Assembly (NCBI RefSeq): GCF_000354175.2
Contig: NC_022349.1
Location: 390,001-422,000, forward strand
Direction: 5' to 3'
Source: Vibrio alginolyticus NBRC 15630 = ATCC 17749
GTDB taxonomy: Bacteria; Pseudomonadota; Gammaproteobacteria; Enterobacterales; Vibrionaceae
DNA length: 32,000 bases
Under the pieces are notes generated by a model. That model searched no databases, was not told the origin of the DNA, and saw only the letters and a program-made list of their open reading frames with translations. Shown here in pieces: positions 1 to 9,080 of this stretch. Both the position numbers and the translations under genes were made by a program. The first letter of the stretch is position 1, and every line of letters begins with the position of its first letter.

Positions 1-100
1 CGACTGGTAAGTCGAACGTACTACGGAACTCGGTGATATCACGGTATAAGTGATCAAAAATCTCTTGGGTTAGCTTTGACAGTTGCATTCTAATTTCCAT
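1..100 (-). CDS. 5' end of an unidentified ORF running off the left edge (MEIRMQLSKLTQEIFDHLYRDITEFRSTFDLPV...)
   Basis: ATG at 100 (alternative in-frame ATG at 88) on the minus strand, open to position 1. No clear SD. Too short to classify. Confidence 0.3.
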   Translation of the reverse strand, partial: MEIRMQLSKLTQEIFDHLYRDITEFRSTFDLPV

Positions 101-197
101 TGAATCGATTGAAGCGGCAATGATACCAAACCGCACTTTGAACCCCAAGGGCATTGCATCTAACTGGTGATAAATCTGCCTTTGGGAATGGTGGTGC

Positions 198-770
198 TTA
201 ACGAAATAGGTAAGGGAACAGCTTTTTACGTTCTTCCTCTGAAAGGGAGGAAACACGAGCGATGTTTGTATCGGGAATGGATTCAGGATCAGGATAGTGT
301 TTTAGTACCTTTTCCATACTCTCTTCGCGAATCAAATGGAAGATCGGGTAAGGAGAACGATTGGTTAGGTTTTCGTCGTCTTCAGGCCTTGCGCCGCCAA
401 AACAGTAATCAGGATGGAAAGTCGCTACTTGGAAAACACCTTCCCAGTTTTGTTGCTTAATTAATCCTTCAACCCAATCGATACAAAAGTTGTAGTCCCA
501 GAAATCTTGTAGCATGTTGGGAACCACAACCAACGTGGTCTCAAGTTGTTCGGGTTCTGTGTTACTCAGCTCAATCAGCTGCAATAAAATATCTTCAAGA
601 AGCGCTTCTTCTTGAGTCGCTTCACTAACAAAGATTTTGATTTGTTTATTACGTTGCGGTTTGGCAGCAAACGGACAAAGGTTGAGCCCGATTACCACAT
701 CGTTGAGCCATTGGTTGACCTGTTGAGTGATCGCTTCGATATCTGTGTTTTGTGTTGAACGCGTTGACAT
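198..770 (-). CDS. DUF1415-like conserved protein
   Basis: The track ORF is 198..824. I prefer the internal ATG at 770 (MSTRSTQ...), giving ~190 aa. The LNLCPFA and ATFHPDY segments match what I recall of the DUF1415 family. Start choice is uncertain. Confidence 0.7.
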   Translation of the reverse strand: MSTRSTQNTDIEAITQQVNQWLNDVVIGLNLCPFAAKPQRNKQIKIFVSEATQEEALLEDILLQLIELSNTEPEQLETTLVVVPNMLQDFWDYNFCIDWVEGLIKQQNWEGVFQVATFHPDYCFGGARPEDDENLTNRSPYPIFHLIREESMEKVLKHYPDPESIPDTNIARVSSLSEEERKKLFPYLFR

Positions 771-858
771 ACGACTTTCTGGTTTTATTAAAGTAGCGCA
801 AGCATAGCAGAGTTGGTTATCCAAGTAACCAGAGAGGTATTACGTAAATGAGCGTACC

Positions 859-2082
859 TTAGCTACTCTTTAAACTCGCAGTGTCAGGTGTTTGGTCAGT
901 ATGCTTTCTTTCGGCAATGTGTTTCAAATACGCAATTGCAGCAAACATTGCTAGGTAGACGGCGCTTCCCCCCATAAGAACACTCGACCAACCTCCATGC
1001 TGCCAACAATAAAGAAGTAAGAATCCTCCTAAGCTACCGCCTACGTAGTAGTGTACTAAGTAGAGCGCTGTCGCGGTGGCTTTGGCACGAGTGGCATTCT
1101 GACCGACCCATCCGTAGGCGAGGGTATGAGTAAAGAAGGCACCAAAACTTATCAACAACAATCCAAATAGCATTGCAGTCAAGCTTTCAACCGCCGCAAT
1201 CCACATCCCCGTCATGCTCACTATCGCGCCTAAGAACATACCGAGGATTGATGAATAACGTTTACTCCAGTGGCCTGCGCAACGAGAGGAGAAAGTCCCT
1301 CCCAAGTAACAAATAAAGATCAGTGAGGCCAACCCGACGGGCACATTGTGAGGTTCACTCACCAGACGGAAACCCATGACGGAGTAAAGGTTGACGAACA
1401 AAGCAAAGTTGAGTCCTCCTATCAGCATCGCGAACCACACGCGTTGGTTTTTAAAATGACCAATAAGCGCACGATTTTGATGGCGCAAGCTGCTTGATGA
1501 CGGGGTGAAGTTGCGCTGTGTTGGCAATAAATAGTGAACGCCAATGACACCAAGAAGAGTGAACACCATCATAACTTCTATGGCGACATCAACACTGAAA
1601 TTGTCCGCCAATAAGCCGCCGCTAATACGCCCTGCAATACCGCCTAGTGAGTTAGCCGCAATGTACGTTCCAATTGCCATCGAGAAAGCGTGCTTGTCGA
1701 GCTCTTCTGCCATGTAAGCCACGGCGACCGCAGCAAAAGCTGCGAGCGCGACACCGATCAGTGCTCGACATACCACCAAAAACAGAAATGAGTCACCAAA
1801 CAGCATCAAAGCGGAAAGGGTAGGAATCGAAAACAGACCAGCCATCATGACTGGCTTTCGTCCCACTGATTCTGACAACACAGCCATTGGAACGAGGCTA
1901 AAAGAGAGAGCGAGTGTTGAGGCCGCAAATAACCAGTTCACTTGCGTTTCTGAGATCGTGAAAATTTGGGCAAAAGTGGGCAGCATTGGCTGTAGTAGGT
2001 ATAAATTTGAAAAAACCAAGAAGGAACCAAGCGCTAGCGAGAGCGTAATGCGTTTGTATTCCGGTGTGCCAAAACTGACCAT
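859..2082 (-). CDS. MFS transporter (YnfM-like, 12-TM)
   Basis: 407-aa highly hydrophobic ORF with repeated TM segments. The MFS-type loop GRKP follows TM2. It is divergent from a LysR regulator. Confidence 0.85.
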   Translation of the reverse strand: MVSFGTPEYKRITLSLALGSFLVFSNLYLLQPMLPTFAQIFTISETQVNWLFAASTLALSFSLVPMAVLSESVGRKPVMMAGLFSIPTLSALMLFGDSFLFLVVCRALIGVALAAFAAVAVAYMAEELDKHAFSMAIGTYIAANSLGGIAGRISGGLLADNFSVDVAIEVMMVFTLLGVIGVHYLLPTQRNFTPSSSSLRHQNRALIGHFKNQRVWFAMLIGGLNFALFVNLYSVMGFRLVSEPHNVPVGLASLIFICYLGGTFSSRCAGHWSKRYSSILGMFLGAIVSMTGMWIAAVESLTAMLFGLLLISFGAFFTHTLAYGWVGQNATRAKATATALYLVHYYVGGSLGGFLLLYCWQHGGWSSVLMGGSAVYLAMFAAIAYLKHIAERKHTDQTPDTASLKSS

Positions 2083-2161
2083 GAATCCTGCCTAATGTGA
2101 GCAAATGGAGAGACTGTGATCAATCTATCAGTTCGTTATAAATTAAAAAAATATATTAAAA

Positions 2162-2176
2162 ATATGGACACCATAT
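2162..2176. promoter_or_regulatory. Candidate LTTR box (T-N11-A) in the MFS/LysR divergent region
   Basis: ATATGGacaCCATAT is a perfect 6-bp inverted repeat containing T-N11-A. It lies 13 nt upstream of the LysR start and ~80 nt from the MFS start. Confidence 0.35.
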
Positions 2177-2188
2177 ATTTATGATCTA

Positions 2189-3058
2189 ATGGAATCGAAA
2201 CAACTTAAACATTTTCTGGCGGTCGCTGAACATGGAAATATTACCCATGCGGCGAAAGCCCTGCATATTGCCCAGCCCGCATTAAGCATTTCTATCAAAA
2301 AGTTTGAGCAGTCTTTGGGCGTTACCCTATTTCGCCGTGATGATAAAAAAATCAGCTTAACGAAAGAGGGCGAAACGCTACTTATACATGCCAAGCGGGT
2401 GATTCAACAGTTGCACGACGCGCAGCTCGCGATTGATGAGTTGAAAGGCTTAGCGAAAGGCGAAGTAAGGCTCGGGACGCCATCAATGATGGGCAGTTAT
2501 TTCTTTCCACGAATTGTGATGGCGTTTAAAAGCCAGTTCCCGGAGTTAAAATTGACCTTGGTCGAAGCTGGGACTCAATCGATTCGTCGTATGCTGCTCA
2601 ATGGTCAACTCGATATCGGTGTGATCAGTTGTGATAACGTGCCTGATGACCTAGAAACTGACCATTTGTTTACTAGCCAAATGGTCGCAGTTGTTTCACC
2701 TGAGCATGAGTTAGCCCAGCGACACGCTCTTACTTTTGATGAGTTCTTTGAACACGATTTGGTTATGTTTCAGCATGGCTATTTTCACCGCGAATTTTTG
2801 GATCAGGTGAGTGAGGAGCATGGGTTTACCATGAAGTCATCATTCGAGACCAACTTACTGCCTTTGATTTTGAGTATTGTAAAACAAGAGTTTGCGATTA
2901 CCGCGTTACTGGAATTGGTGACTCAACATGAGTCGGGCGTTGTTGGCTTACCGTTTGAACCACCAGTGACGCTGGATCTGGCACTTGCTTGGCGCAAGCA
3001 GGGGTACTTATCAATAGCAGATCGAACGTTTATCGACTTTATCAAGCGCTACGTTTAA
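2189..3058 (+). CDS. LysR-family transcriptional regulator
   Basis: N-terminal HTH (MESKQLKHFLAVAEHGNITHAAKALHIAQPALSISIKKFEQSLGVTLF) followed by a typical LysR substrate-binding domain length (289 aa). Confidence 0.9.
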   Translation: MESKQLKHFLAVAEHGNITHAAKALHIAQPALSISIKKFEQSLGVTLFRRDDKKISLTKEGETLLIHAKRVIQQLHDAQLAIDELKGLAKGEVRLGTPSMMGSYFFPRIVMAFKSQFPELKLTLVEAGTQSIRRMLLNGQLDIGVISCDNVPDDLETDHLFTSQMVAVVSPEHELAQRHALTFDEFFEHDLVMFQHGYFHREFLDQVSEEHGFTMKSSFETNLLPLILSIVKQEFAITALLELVTQHESGVVGLPFEPPVTLDLALAWRKQGYLSIADRTFIDFIKRYV

Positions 3059-3085
3059 ACGCAGCGCAGATTCATCGTCCGAGCA

Positions 3086-3316
3086 CTAGTCGCCTTTGTA
3101 CATCTTCTCGAAGTTCTTTGGGTTCCAGCCAATCATTACCCGATCACCAATTTTTAAAACTGGCACTGAACGAGCACCAAGCGCATCAAGTTCTTTGCGA
3201 CCGCGTTGCATCTTAGCATTGCACAAACGATAGTTAATATTTTTCGAATCCAGATAACGTTGAGCATCTTTGCAGTGAGGGCATTTGTCTTTGACATAAA
3301 GAACGACACGTTTCAT
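3086..3316 (-). CDS. Glutaredoxin-like protein (YruB/NrdH-like, CPHC active site)
   Basis: MKRVVLYVKDKCPHCKDA...SVPVL is a thioredoxin-fold CxxC signature. The start is moved to the ATG at 3316, which has GGAGA 8 nt upstream. The track start at 3337 lacks an SD. Confidence 0.8.
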   Translation of the reverse strand: MKRVVLYVKDKCPHCKDAQRYLDSKNINYRLCNAKMQRGRKELDALGARSVPVLKIGDRVMIGWNPKNFEKMYKGD

Positions 3317-3454
3317 TGAATTTCTCTCCATTATCATTGGGAGGCGAAGTTTAAAGGCCTTTCACAATAAATGAAAGGCGAAAGCTAAGGTGAAACTGTC
3401 CTTTATCTCAGGTATATTGAGCGCCTTTATTTTGTCATAAAAGACGTTAACTCT

Positions 3455-3970
3455 ATGCATCCGTCACTTCGATACATTCAAGGCTACCCACAAAACATCG
3501 TAGAGCAGGTGAGCTCATTGATAGCGAGTGGCAAGTTTGTTCCTTGGTTCGAAAAGCGTTATCCCGACAGGCACCAAATCAAAAGCGAAAGGGCGCTCTA
3601 TGAGTACGCCATGGCAATCAAAAACCGCTACATGAAGAAAGCCGCGCCAATCAGTAAAGTCGTCTACGATAAGAAAATTCACGCGGTAAACAACGCGCTT
3701 GGTTTGCACAGTGTAATCAGTAGAAACCATGGCGGTAAGCTGAAGTCGAAAAACGAGATACGCATTGCCAATGTATTTAAAGATGCGCCCGAGCCACTAT
3801 TAAGAATGCTGGTGGTACATGAGTTGGCACATACTCGTGAGAAAAACCACGACAAGGCGTTCTATCAGCTATGTTGCTACATGGAGCCTGAGTATCACCA
3901 ACTCGAATTTGATGCTCGTTTGTTTATGATTTACCTCGATTTAAAAGCGAATTTGAATGAAGAACAATAA
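3455..3970 (+). CDS. YgjP-like (DUF45/M48-like) metal-dependent hydrolase
   Basis: 171 aa with the HELAH zinc motif ([13 protein letters not shown]) near the C-terminus, as in YgjP-type proteins. Confidence 0.75.
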   Translation: MHPSLRYIQGYPQNIVEQVSSLIASGKFVPWFEKRYPDRHQIKSERALYEYAMAIKNRYMKKAAPISKVVYDKKIHAVNNALGLHSVISRNHGGKLKSKNEIRIANVFKDAPEPLLRMLVVHELAHTREKNHDKAFYQLCCYMEPEYHQLEFDARLFMIYLDLKANLNEEQ

Positions 3971-5084
3971 TCACAACGCGAAGCAAGCAAAGCCAAAGGC
4001 TTCAATGACGGGTCAGAAGAAAGACGCGAATAAAGCCAAGCCGAAGCGTGTTAAAGACAAAGTTGCGCGCAAATCCTCGCAGCCTGCAGGAAAGAGCGAA
4101 GTCGAGTTCATAAAAATAGCGAAGAATGGTTTGCATGAGCGTAATGTTCATCGAGGTCGTTACGATTTTAAAAAACTCGTGGAAAGTGAACCACAGTTAA
4201 AGCCATTCGTTATCAAAAATCCGAAAGGGGAAGACTCCATAAACTTCTCTGATCCTAACGCTGTTAAAATTCTCAATAAAGCATTGCTTGCTGCGTATTA
4301 TGGTATCGAGTTCTGGGACATTCCCGACACCTACCTTTGCCCACCGATTCCGGGCCGCGCTGATTACATTCACCGAGTGGCAGAACTACTTGATGGTGAA
4401 GTAAAAGGTCAGTACGCGCACCAAAAAGTGAAAGCGTTGGACATTGGCGTGGGAGCAAACTGTATTTATCCGATTGTTGGTGTAACAAAATACGGTTGGC
4501 ACTATACGGGCAGCGATGTCGATCCAAAATCCATCCAATCGGCTCAAACGATCGTAGAGCACAATCGTGTTTTGACGGGAAAAATTGCACTGGTACAGCA
4601 ATACAATGATGCCAATATTTATCGAGGTATCATTCAACCGAATGATCGTTATGATGTGACGACATGTAATCCGCCATTCCACCGTTCGGCGGAAGATGCC
4701 GCTATGGGCAGCCAGCGTAAAATCGATAATCTAAAAGCAAACCAGCTTAAGAAAGGGCTAAAACCTCAAACCACACAAGTAAAGACAAGTAAACCTGCGT
4801 TGAATTTTGGCGGTCAAAACGCTGAATTGTGGTGTGAAGGCGGAGAAGCGGCGTTTATCCGAAAAATGGCGAATGAAAGCCAAGCTTTTGCCGCACAGGT
4901 CTTGTGGTTTACGACACTTATATCCAAAAAAGACAACGTTCGCCCGATGCGCAAGCAGCTTGAAAAATTGGGTGTGAAGGCCATTCGTGTGGTTGAAATG
5001 AGTCAAGGGCAGAAAGTGAGCCGCTTTGTAGCTTGGTCATACATGGATAAGCAACAGCGCAAAGCATGGATTGAACTAAAGTAA
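3957..5084 (+). CDS. rlmF: 23S rRNA (adenine1618-N6)-methyltransferase RlmF with a Lys-rich N-terminal extension
   Basis: Strong collinear resemblance to E. coli RlmF as I recall it ([43 protein letters not shown]). The start is ambiguous: 3957 overlaps the upstream gene by 14 nt, while the alternative ATG at 4005 has AAGG upstream. Confidence 0.9.
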   Translation: MKNNNHNAKQAKPKASMTGQKKDANKAKPKRVKDKVARKSSQPAGKSEVEFIKIAKNGLHERNVHRGRYDFKKLVESEPQLKPFVIKNPKGEDSINFSDPNAVKILNKALLAAYYGIEFWDIPDTYLCPPIPGRADYIHRVAELLDGEVKGQYAHQKVKALDIGVGANCIYPIVGVTKYGWHYTGSDVDPKSIQSAQTIVEHNRVLTGKIALVQQYNDANIYRGIIQPNDRYDVTTCNPPFHRSAEDAAMGSQRKIDNLKANQLKKGLKPQTTQVKTSKPALNFGGQNAELWCEGGEAAFIRKMANESQAFAAQVLWFTTLISKKDNVRPMRKQLEKLGVKAIRVVEMSQGQKVSRFVAWSYMDKQQRKAWIELK

Positions 5085-5116
5085 CGTTGACCGTTTCACA
5101 CTGAACAATAAAGTAG

Positions 5117-5148
5117 GAAGCCCGCTGATATCAGCGGGCTTCTATTTT
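5117..5148. terminator. Rho-independent (probably bidirectional) terminator between convergent rlmF and the lipoprotein gene
   Basis: GAAGCCCGCTGAT/ATCAGCGGGCTTC is a perfect palindrome followed by TATTTT. Confidence 0.7.
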
Positions 5149-5155
5149 GGGAGAT

Positions 5156-5563
5156 CTAAAACTTAATGATGGGCTCACAATCTAGTGAACTGAGAGAGAC
5201 AAAAGTATCTGTTTTGGCATAGTACAAGCCACAGGTTTCACCTCTTATCTGCAACGTATATTGGTCTGGAAGATCCGTATAGCTGCCATCCAACAGTTGA
5301 TTGTTGTTCCCTTTTACTCGTCCTTTTTCAATCAACAAATGCGGTGAGGATTCAAATACGTTATTTGCGATTCTAGGTGCTGGTGTCCCTTGGATTTCTG
5401 CGATCGCGTTTTGAATCTCTATGACTGTTTCCGGAGAGTTCTTTTTACTTAATGCTTCAACGGGTTCTTGTGACATAGCTTGGCATCCTATCAAAGAAAT
5501 CGAAGTGCCTAAGAAAAGCGCAACCCGAATCAGCATTCGTAAAAAGTTAGTTGATCTCAACAT
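5156..5563 (-). CDS. Small orphan lipoprotein (135 aa)
   Basis: The signal peptide ends in the lipobox LIGC. The start is set at ATG 5563, which has AGAGG 7 nt upstream, and overlaps the upstream S41 gene by 17 nt. No family recognised. Confidence 0.6.
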   Translation of the reverse strand: MLRSTNFLRMLIRVALFLGTSISLIGCQAMSQEPVEALSKKNSPETVIEIQNAIAEIQGTPAPRIANNVFESSPHLLIEKGRVKGNNNQLLDGSYTDLPDQYTLQIRGETCGLYYAKTDTFVSLSSLDCEPIIKF

Positions 5564-7142
5564 GAATTGCCTCTGTTCGTAGCGGAGAGCGAACATCGCT
5601 TAACTCCGGAGATGAAATGTTACGCGGCATGGCGTTGAAACTTGAAGGGGATACTGGCGGACAGGTTCCTGTTTCCATGTAGTTTAGCGCCGCAGAAAGC
5701 ATACCTTCAGACGGATCGCCTAACGGTTTTGTTAGGTCGTCATTGACCCAGCAACCTTCCACTCTATTGTTTAAGCCTAGCTCGGTATTGATTTGGCTCT
5801 TTGGAGTAGGAATAAAACCATCAGCGAAGTCGCCAAATTTTTTCTCGTTCGCCGACTTGAACTGAATAGTGTAGTACATAGTGCCGCAGTTTTGTTCTGG
5901 TGAGAACCCATACGGTTTACCTGTGGTTGTTGAGCCTATTTGGATAACCTCCACATCAATGCCGCGCAAAGCGTTGATCAACAGTTCACTTGAGGAAGCC
6001 GTGCCTCCTGAAGTCAGTACATATACGCGCTTTTTGTTCAGTGTCGGAAGCACTTGGTCCGAATATTTCTGTGCTGCCCAGTCTATTGCTAGATTCGTAA
6101 AGCGATAGATGTTATCCCCATCCTTAATGGTACGCATCACTTTGTCATTGTGAATCAATTCACTGAAGACTCGGTTCTGACCAGCACCGCTTAGCATGTA
6201 GCCTACTTGCGAGGACTGAAGGACTAAACCACCGCCGTTGTAACGTAAATCAACGACGATCTCGTCAACATTCTCTGCTGAGAGCGTACTAAACGCCTCA
6301 ATAAGCGGGGCTTGAGCGCTTGGTTCGAAGGAGTTGTATTGCAGATAGCCGATCCGCATACCATTGTGTGTAATCACTTTGGCATTTTTAACTGGAGAGG
6401 TCATGACATCAGAGGCGGTAAGCGTCACGGTTTTCTCTAGACCGTCAACACTCTCAAATGTGAAGGTGTAATCTTGATTGATGTCAGGGTTAAAGAGCGT
6501 TTTATTAATAAAATCAATGTCGGACTGACTACCGGTGTTAACCACATCAATATTATTGATTTTCAGAAGCTTATCACCACGAGCAATGCCGCTTCTATCA
6601 GCTGGCGAGGCTTCTTCAGTGTAGGAAATACGAACGTCTCGAGGTTGTACGCCACGTAGGAATGCCCAGTTAAAACCAAATCCAGCAACTAAACCGGATT
6701 GCGATGATTTCATATCATCCTCATAAGGGACGGTAAAATGGAAGCGATCTTTTGGTTTACCCGTCGCGGTAGTAGCAGAGGTGACCAGCGTATTGAAGTA
6801 ATCAGTAACAGTTTTGTAGTTTGCTGGATTATTATCAGGAACCTCGTCATACCATAGATACGTTTCGTTAGTAAAAGCTCTTAAAAAGAGTTTTTCGTGT
6901 AATGCAGAGCCCAATTTATCTGGATAGGCGGCATAGTTGTCATATGGGTCCAGTCCGACGCGGGGCGTTTCACATTGGTTGATAAACGTTTTCGACGGTT
7001 GGCTAAAATCATGAACTTTCCACGTTGGACCGTTTGCACTGCTAGTGGACGGAGTAGGTGATGAGCTATCACCGCCACCACCGCCACAGCCTTGTAATAA
7101 TGCGAGAGTGACTGCCGTTGCTAAAGAATACTTAAATTTCAC
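5547..7142 (-). CDS. S41-family (C-terminal-processing/tail-specific type) serine peptidase, lipoprotein, with PDZ-like region
   Basis: GTG start at 7142 with AAGGA upstream. Lipobox LLQGC followed by a Gly/Ser/Pro linker. S41 motifs DLRYNGGG, GGTASSSE (Ser) and TTGKPYG (Lys). Confidence 0.85.
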   Translation of the reverse strand: MKFKYSLATAVTLALLQGCGGGGGDSSSPTPSTSSANGPTWKVHDFSQPSKTFINQCETPRVGLDPYDNYAAYPDKLGSALHEKLFLRAFTNETYLWYDEVPDNNPANYKTVTDYFNTLVTSATTATGKPKDRFHFTVPYEDDMKSSQSGLVAGFGFNWAFLRGVQPRDVRISYTEEASPADRSGIARGDKLLKINNIDVVNTGSQSDIDFINKTLFNPDINQDYTFTFESVDGLEKTVTLTASDVMTSPVKNAKVITHNGMRIGYLQYNSFEPSAQAPLIEAFSTLSAENVDEIVVDLRYNGGGLVLQSSQVGYMLSGAGQNRVFSELIHNDKVMRTIKDGDNIYRFTNLAIDWAAQKYSDQVLPTLNKKRVYVLTSGGTASSSELLINALRGIDVEVIQIGSTTTGKPYGFSPEQNCGTMYYTIQFKSANEKKFGDFADGFIPTPKSQINTELGLNNRVEGCWVNDDLTKPLGDPSEGMLSAALNYMETGTCPPVSPSSFNAMPRNISSPELSDVRSPLRTEAIHVEIN

Positions 7143-7507
7143 TTTTCTATGTCCTTATAAATAATAGAATTATAATTATGTGTTTTGCTTTTGTTTTTAT
7201 TAGCTAGGTGAATGTATTAATTTAATTTGTTCGTCTGCAAATTTATAGTTAAATAGTGTGAGGTAAATAACGTAAAAAAGTTGTCTTTTATACTTAAGCT
7301 AAATTAGTCATTACTTAAGTTTTCTGTCTATTTCAAAAGAGCTAACAAGACAATTAATAAGTGTGAAATTAAGACAAGTTCTTAGTTGACTAAGCGACGC
7401 TTGCTAAATAAAAAATCAGAATTAGATTCAGGAAACGCTTTGAATCAATAGTTTGGTAGGGATATATGATGTTATTTCGGGGGTGTTTGATTTATTTATC
7501 TGATGCT

Positions 7508-8272
7508 TTAACTTAATTTAGTGAGTTGAGCGACGTGCTTTAATAAGCTTCCGTCAATGTTAGGTAAATCATCAGCGAAAAATATCTGAGCACCGGGAGT
7601 GCAGCGCATTAATATATTTGTTAGTTCACCTTCATTGTTGGAAGTGTTAACTGCGTTAAGTTTCGCTAATTTATTACAAAGCTCGTCCTCTATTTGCACT
7701 TTCTGCTCTTCGGTGAGCCTAATGCGACCTATACATACGCCTGGGTTGATATCATGAGAAAGCGAATCTTGTTGAAATCGCTCTTTGAATAAGGTGTCTA
7801 ATGCCGTACCTTCTTCCATAATAAATCGACGACCAGAACGGTAAAACAAGCCGTCTCCGAAGTTTTCGACATATCCTAGAATTTCCGCGATACGCAAATA
7901 GAATCGTAAGCTTGTATCAGAAAGTCCGTAAGTTTGGGCTATCTCTTGCGGTTTAATATCACGAGAAGTCAGCATATAAATAAAATCAAGTAAATAAGGA
8001 TGCTCAACGAAAAGGGCGCTCTCTTCATCTGTTAGCATTTGCTCGTTTTGGTGCTGAAGCTCGTTGGCTAAGGTTGCGAGTTCGATGAGATCGGTATTCA
8101 GGTAGTTCAGATAAATAAGTACTTTATCCAAACCTAAAGCTGGATTATGTAGGTGGCGTTTAATACTAGATAAAGGGATGCCACTTTTCTCTGACAAGGA
8201 ATTGTAGCAAAGCCCTTCTTCTTTAATCTTTTGTCGTAGCGCTGCAAGTAAAAACTTTGGTCCAACATTCAT
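7508..8272 (-). CDS. Putative transcriptional regulator with two HTH-like segments and an unrecognised C-terminal domain
   Basis: Residues ~20-45 (YNSLSEKSGIPLSSIKRHLHN) look XRE-like. Residues ~105-135 (IKPQEIAQTYGLSDTSLRFYLRIAEILGYV) look winged-helix-like. The start lies 30 nt downstream of the GntR gene stop. Confidence 0.55.
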   Translation of the reverse strand: MNVGPKFLLAALRQKIKEEGLCYNSLSEKSGIPLSSIKRHLHNPALGLDKVLIYLNYLNTDLIELATLANELQHQNEQMLTDEESALFVEHPYLLDFIYMLTSRDIKPQEIAQTYGLSDTSLRFYLRIAEILGYVENFGDGLFYRSGRRFIMEEGTALDTLFKERFQQDSLSHDINPGVCIGRIRLTEEQKVQIEDELCNKLAKLNAVNTSNNEGELTNILMRCTPGAQIFFADDLPNIDGSLLKHVAQLTKLS

Positions 8273-8302
8273 CCTTGAATATCACCTTATTCGTTATTCC
8301 GT

Positions 8303-8977
8303 TTACTGGCTGATATTTTGCCTTTCAAGCAGCAGGTTTCGAATCGCTGTGCCTGCTTCTAGAATGTGCTTTTTCAGTAGGTACTTGGCGCCTTCGATAT
8401 CGCGATTTTGGCACATTTCAAACAAGCTTAAGTGCTCTTCTTCTGCCTTTTTAATGCCTGTAGTAAACAATAGCTGCATGCGTATGTATCGGTCACACTT
8501 TGTGTTCAGGTTGTAAATGACGTCCATAGTTTCAGGCATGTTGGCTGGCGCATATAGGGCTTTGTGGAACTCGTAGTTGTAGTTGCTCCATTCTTCTACT
8601 TCGTCGCCACTGTTCACTACTGACTCGAAACGTTCGCGAACTTCGCGCGCGCGTTCAAGGTCAGCGTCTGTCATATTTTGAATCGCGCGCTCTAAAATGT
8701 GGCATTCCACGACAGCGCGCAGTTCAAATAGCTCATTGATTTTCTCTGGAGATAGCTCAGTGACCGTCGCACCTTTGTGAGGTTCAAAGCTAACGAGTCC
8801 TTGTGCTTCCAATTGAACTAACGCTTCACGCACAGGAATTCGGCTAACATTAAACTCTTTTGCTAACGCATCTTGACGTAAAGGTTGACCAGTTTTTAAC
8901 TCGCCCTTCAAGATCTGAGTTCGAATTGCTTCCTCAACGAGCTGAGTACGCGTTTTAAAAACAGGTTTCTGTGACAT
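8303..8977 (-). CDS. GntR-family (FadR/FCD subfamily) transcriptional regulator, candidate hydroxyproline-locus repressor
   Basis: N-terminal GntR wHTH (LRQDALAKEFNVSRIPVREALVQLEAQGLV) plus an all-helical FCD-like C-terminal domain. The start is moved to ATG 8977, which has GGGAGA upstream. Confidence 0.9.
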   Translation of the reverse strand: MSQKPVFKTRTQLVEEAIRTQILKGELKTGQPLRQDALAKEFNVSRIPVREALVQLEAQGLVSFEPHKGATVTELSPEKINELFELRAVVECHILERAIQNMTDADLERAREVRERFESVVNSGDEVEEWSNYNYEFHKALYAPANMPETMDVIYNLNTKCDRYIRMQLLFTTGIKKAEEEHLSLFEMCQNRDIEGAKYLLKKHILEAGTAIRNLLLERQNISQ

Positions 8978-8999
8978 TGAAGTCTCCCGTGAAATTAAT

Positions 9000-9011
9000 A
9001 TTGTATCCAAT
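9000..9011. promoter_or_regulatory. Operator-like palindrome copy ATTGTATCCAAT upstream of the GntR gene (possible autoregulation)
   Basis: One mismatch to ATTGTATACAAT. It lies 23 nt upstream of the GntR start. On the gene strand it reads TACAAT (-10-like). Confidence 0.5.
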
Positions 9012-9080
9012 CCATTTTACTTTAGTAGTTTATTGTTTTTCTGGCACAAACCAACTAGGAAAGAAGGTTTTGAGAAGTAG

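Noticed and set aside
167-460. 97-aa plus-strand ORF
   Set aside because: It is entirely antisense to the DUF1415-like gene, has low-complexity or unnatural composition and no SD. It is a typical shadow ORF.
1847-2104. Two short ORFs (82 aa plus-strand, 68 aa minus-strand) overlapping the MFS gene 5' end
   Set aside because: They are shadow or alternate-frame ORFs inside a well-supported 12-TM transporter gene.
3357-3379. 8-bp-stem hairpin GCCTTTCA-N7-TGAAAGGC in the divergent glutaredoxin-like/YgjP-like promoter region
   Set aside because: It has no U-tract, lies between two divergent starts and has no second copy elsewhere. The evidence is insufficient to call it a regulatory element.
4273-5006. 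Three minus-strand ORFs (105, 98 and 82 aa) inside rlmF
   Set aside because: They are antisense to a confidently recognised methyltransferase gene, and their Cys/Arg-rich composition is typical of non-coding frames.
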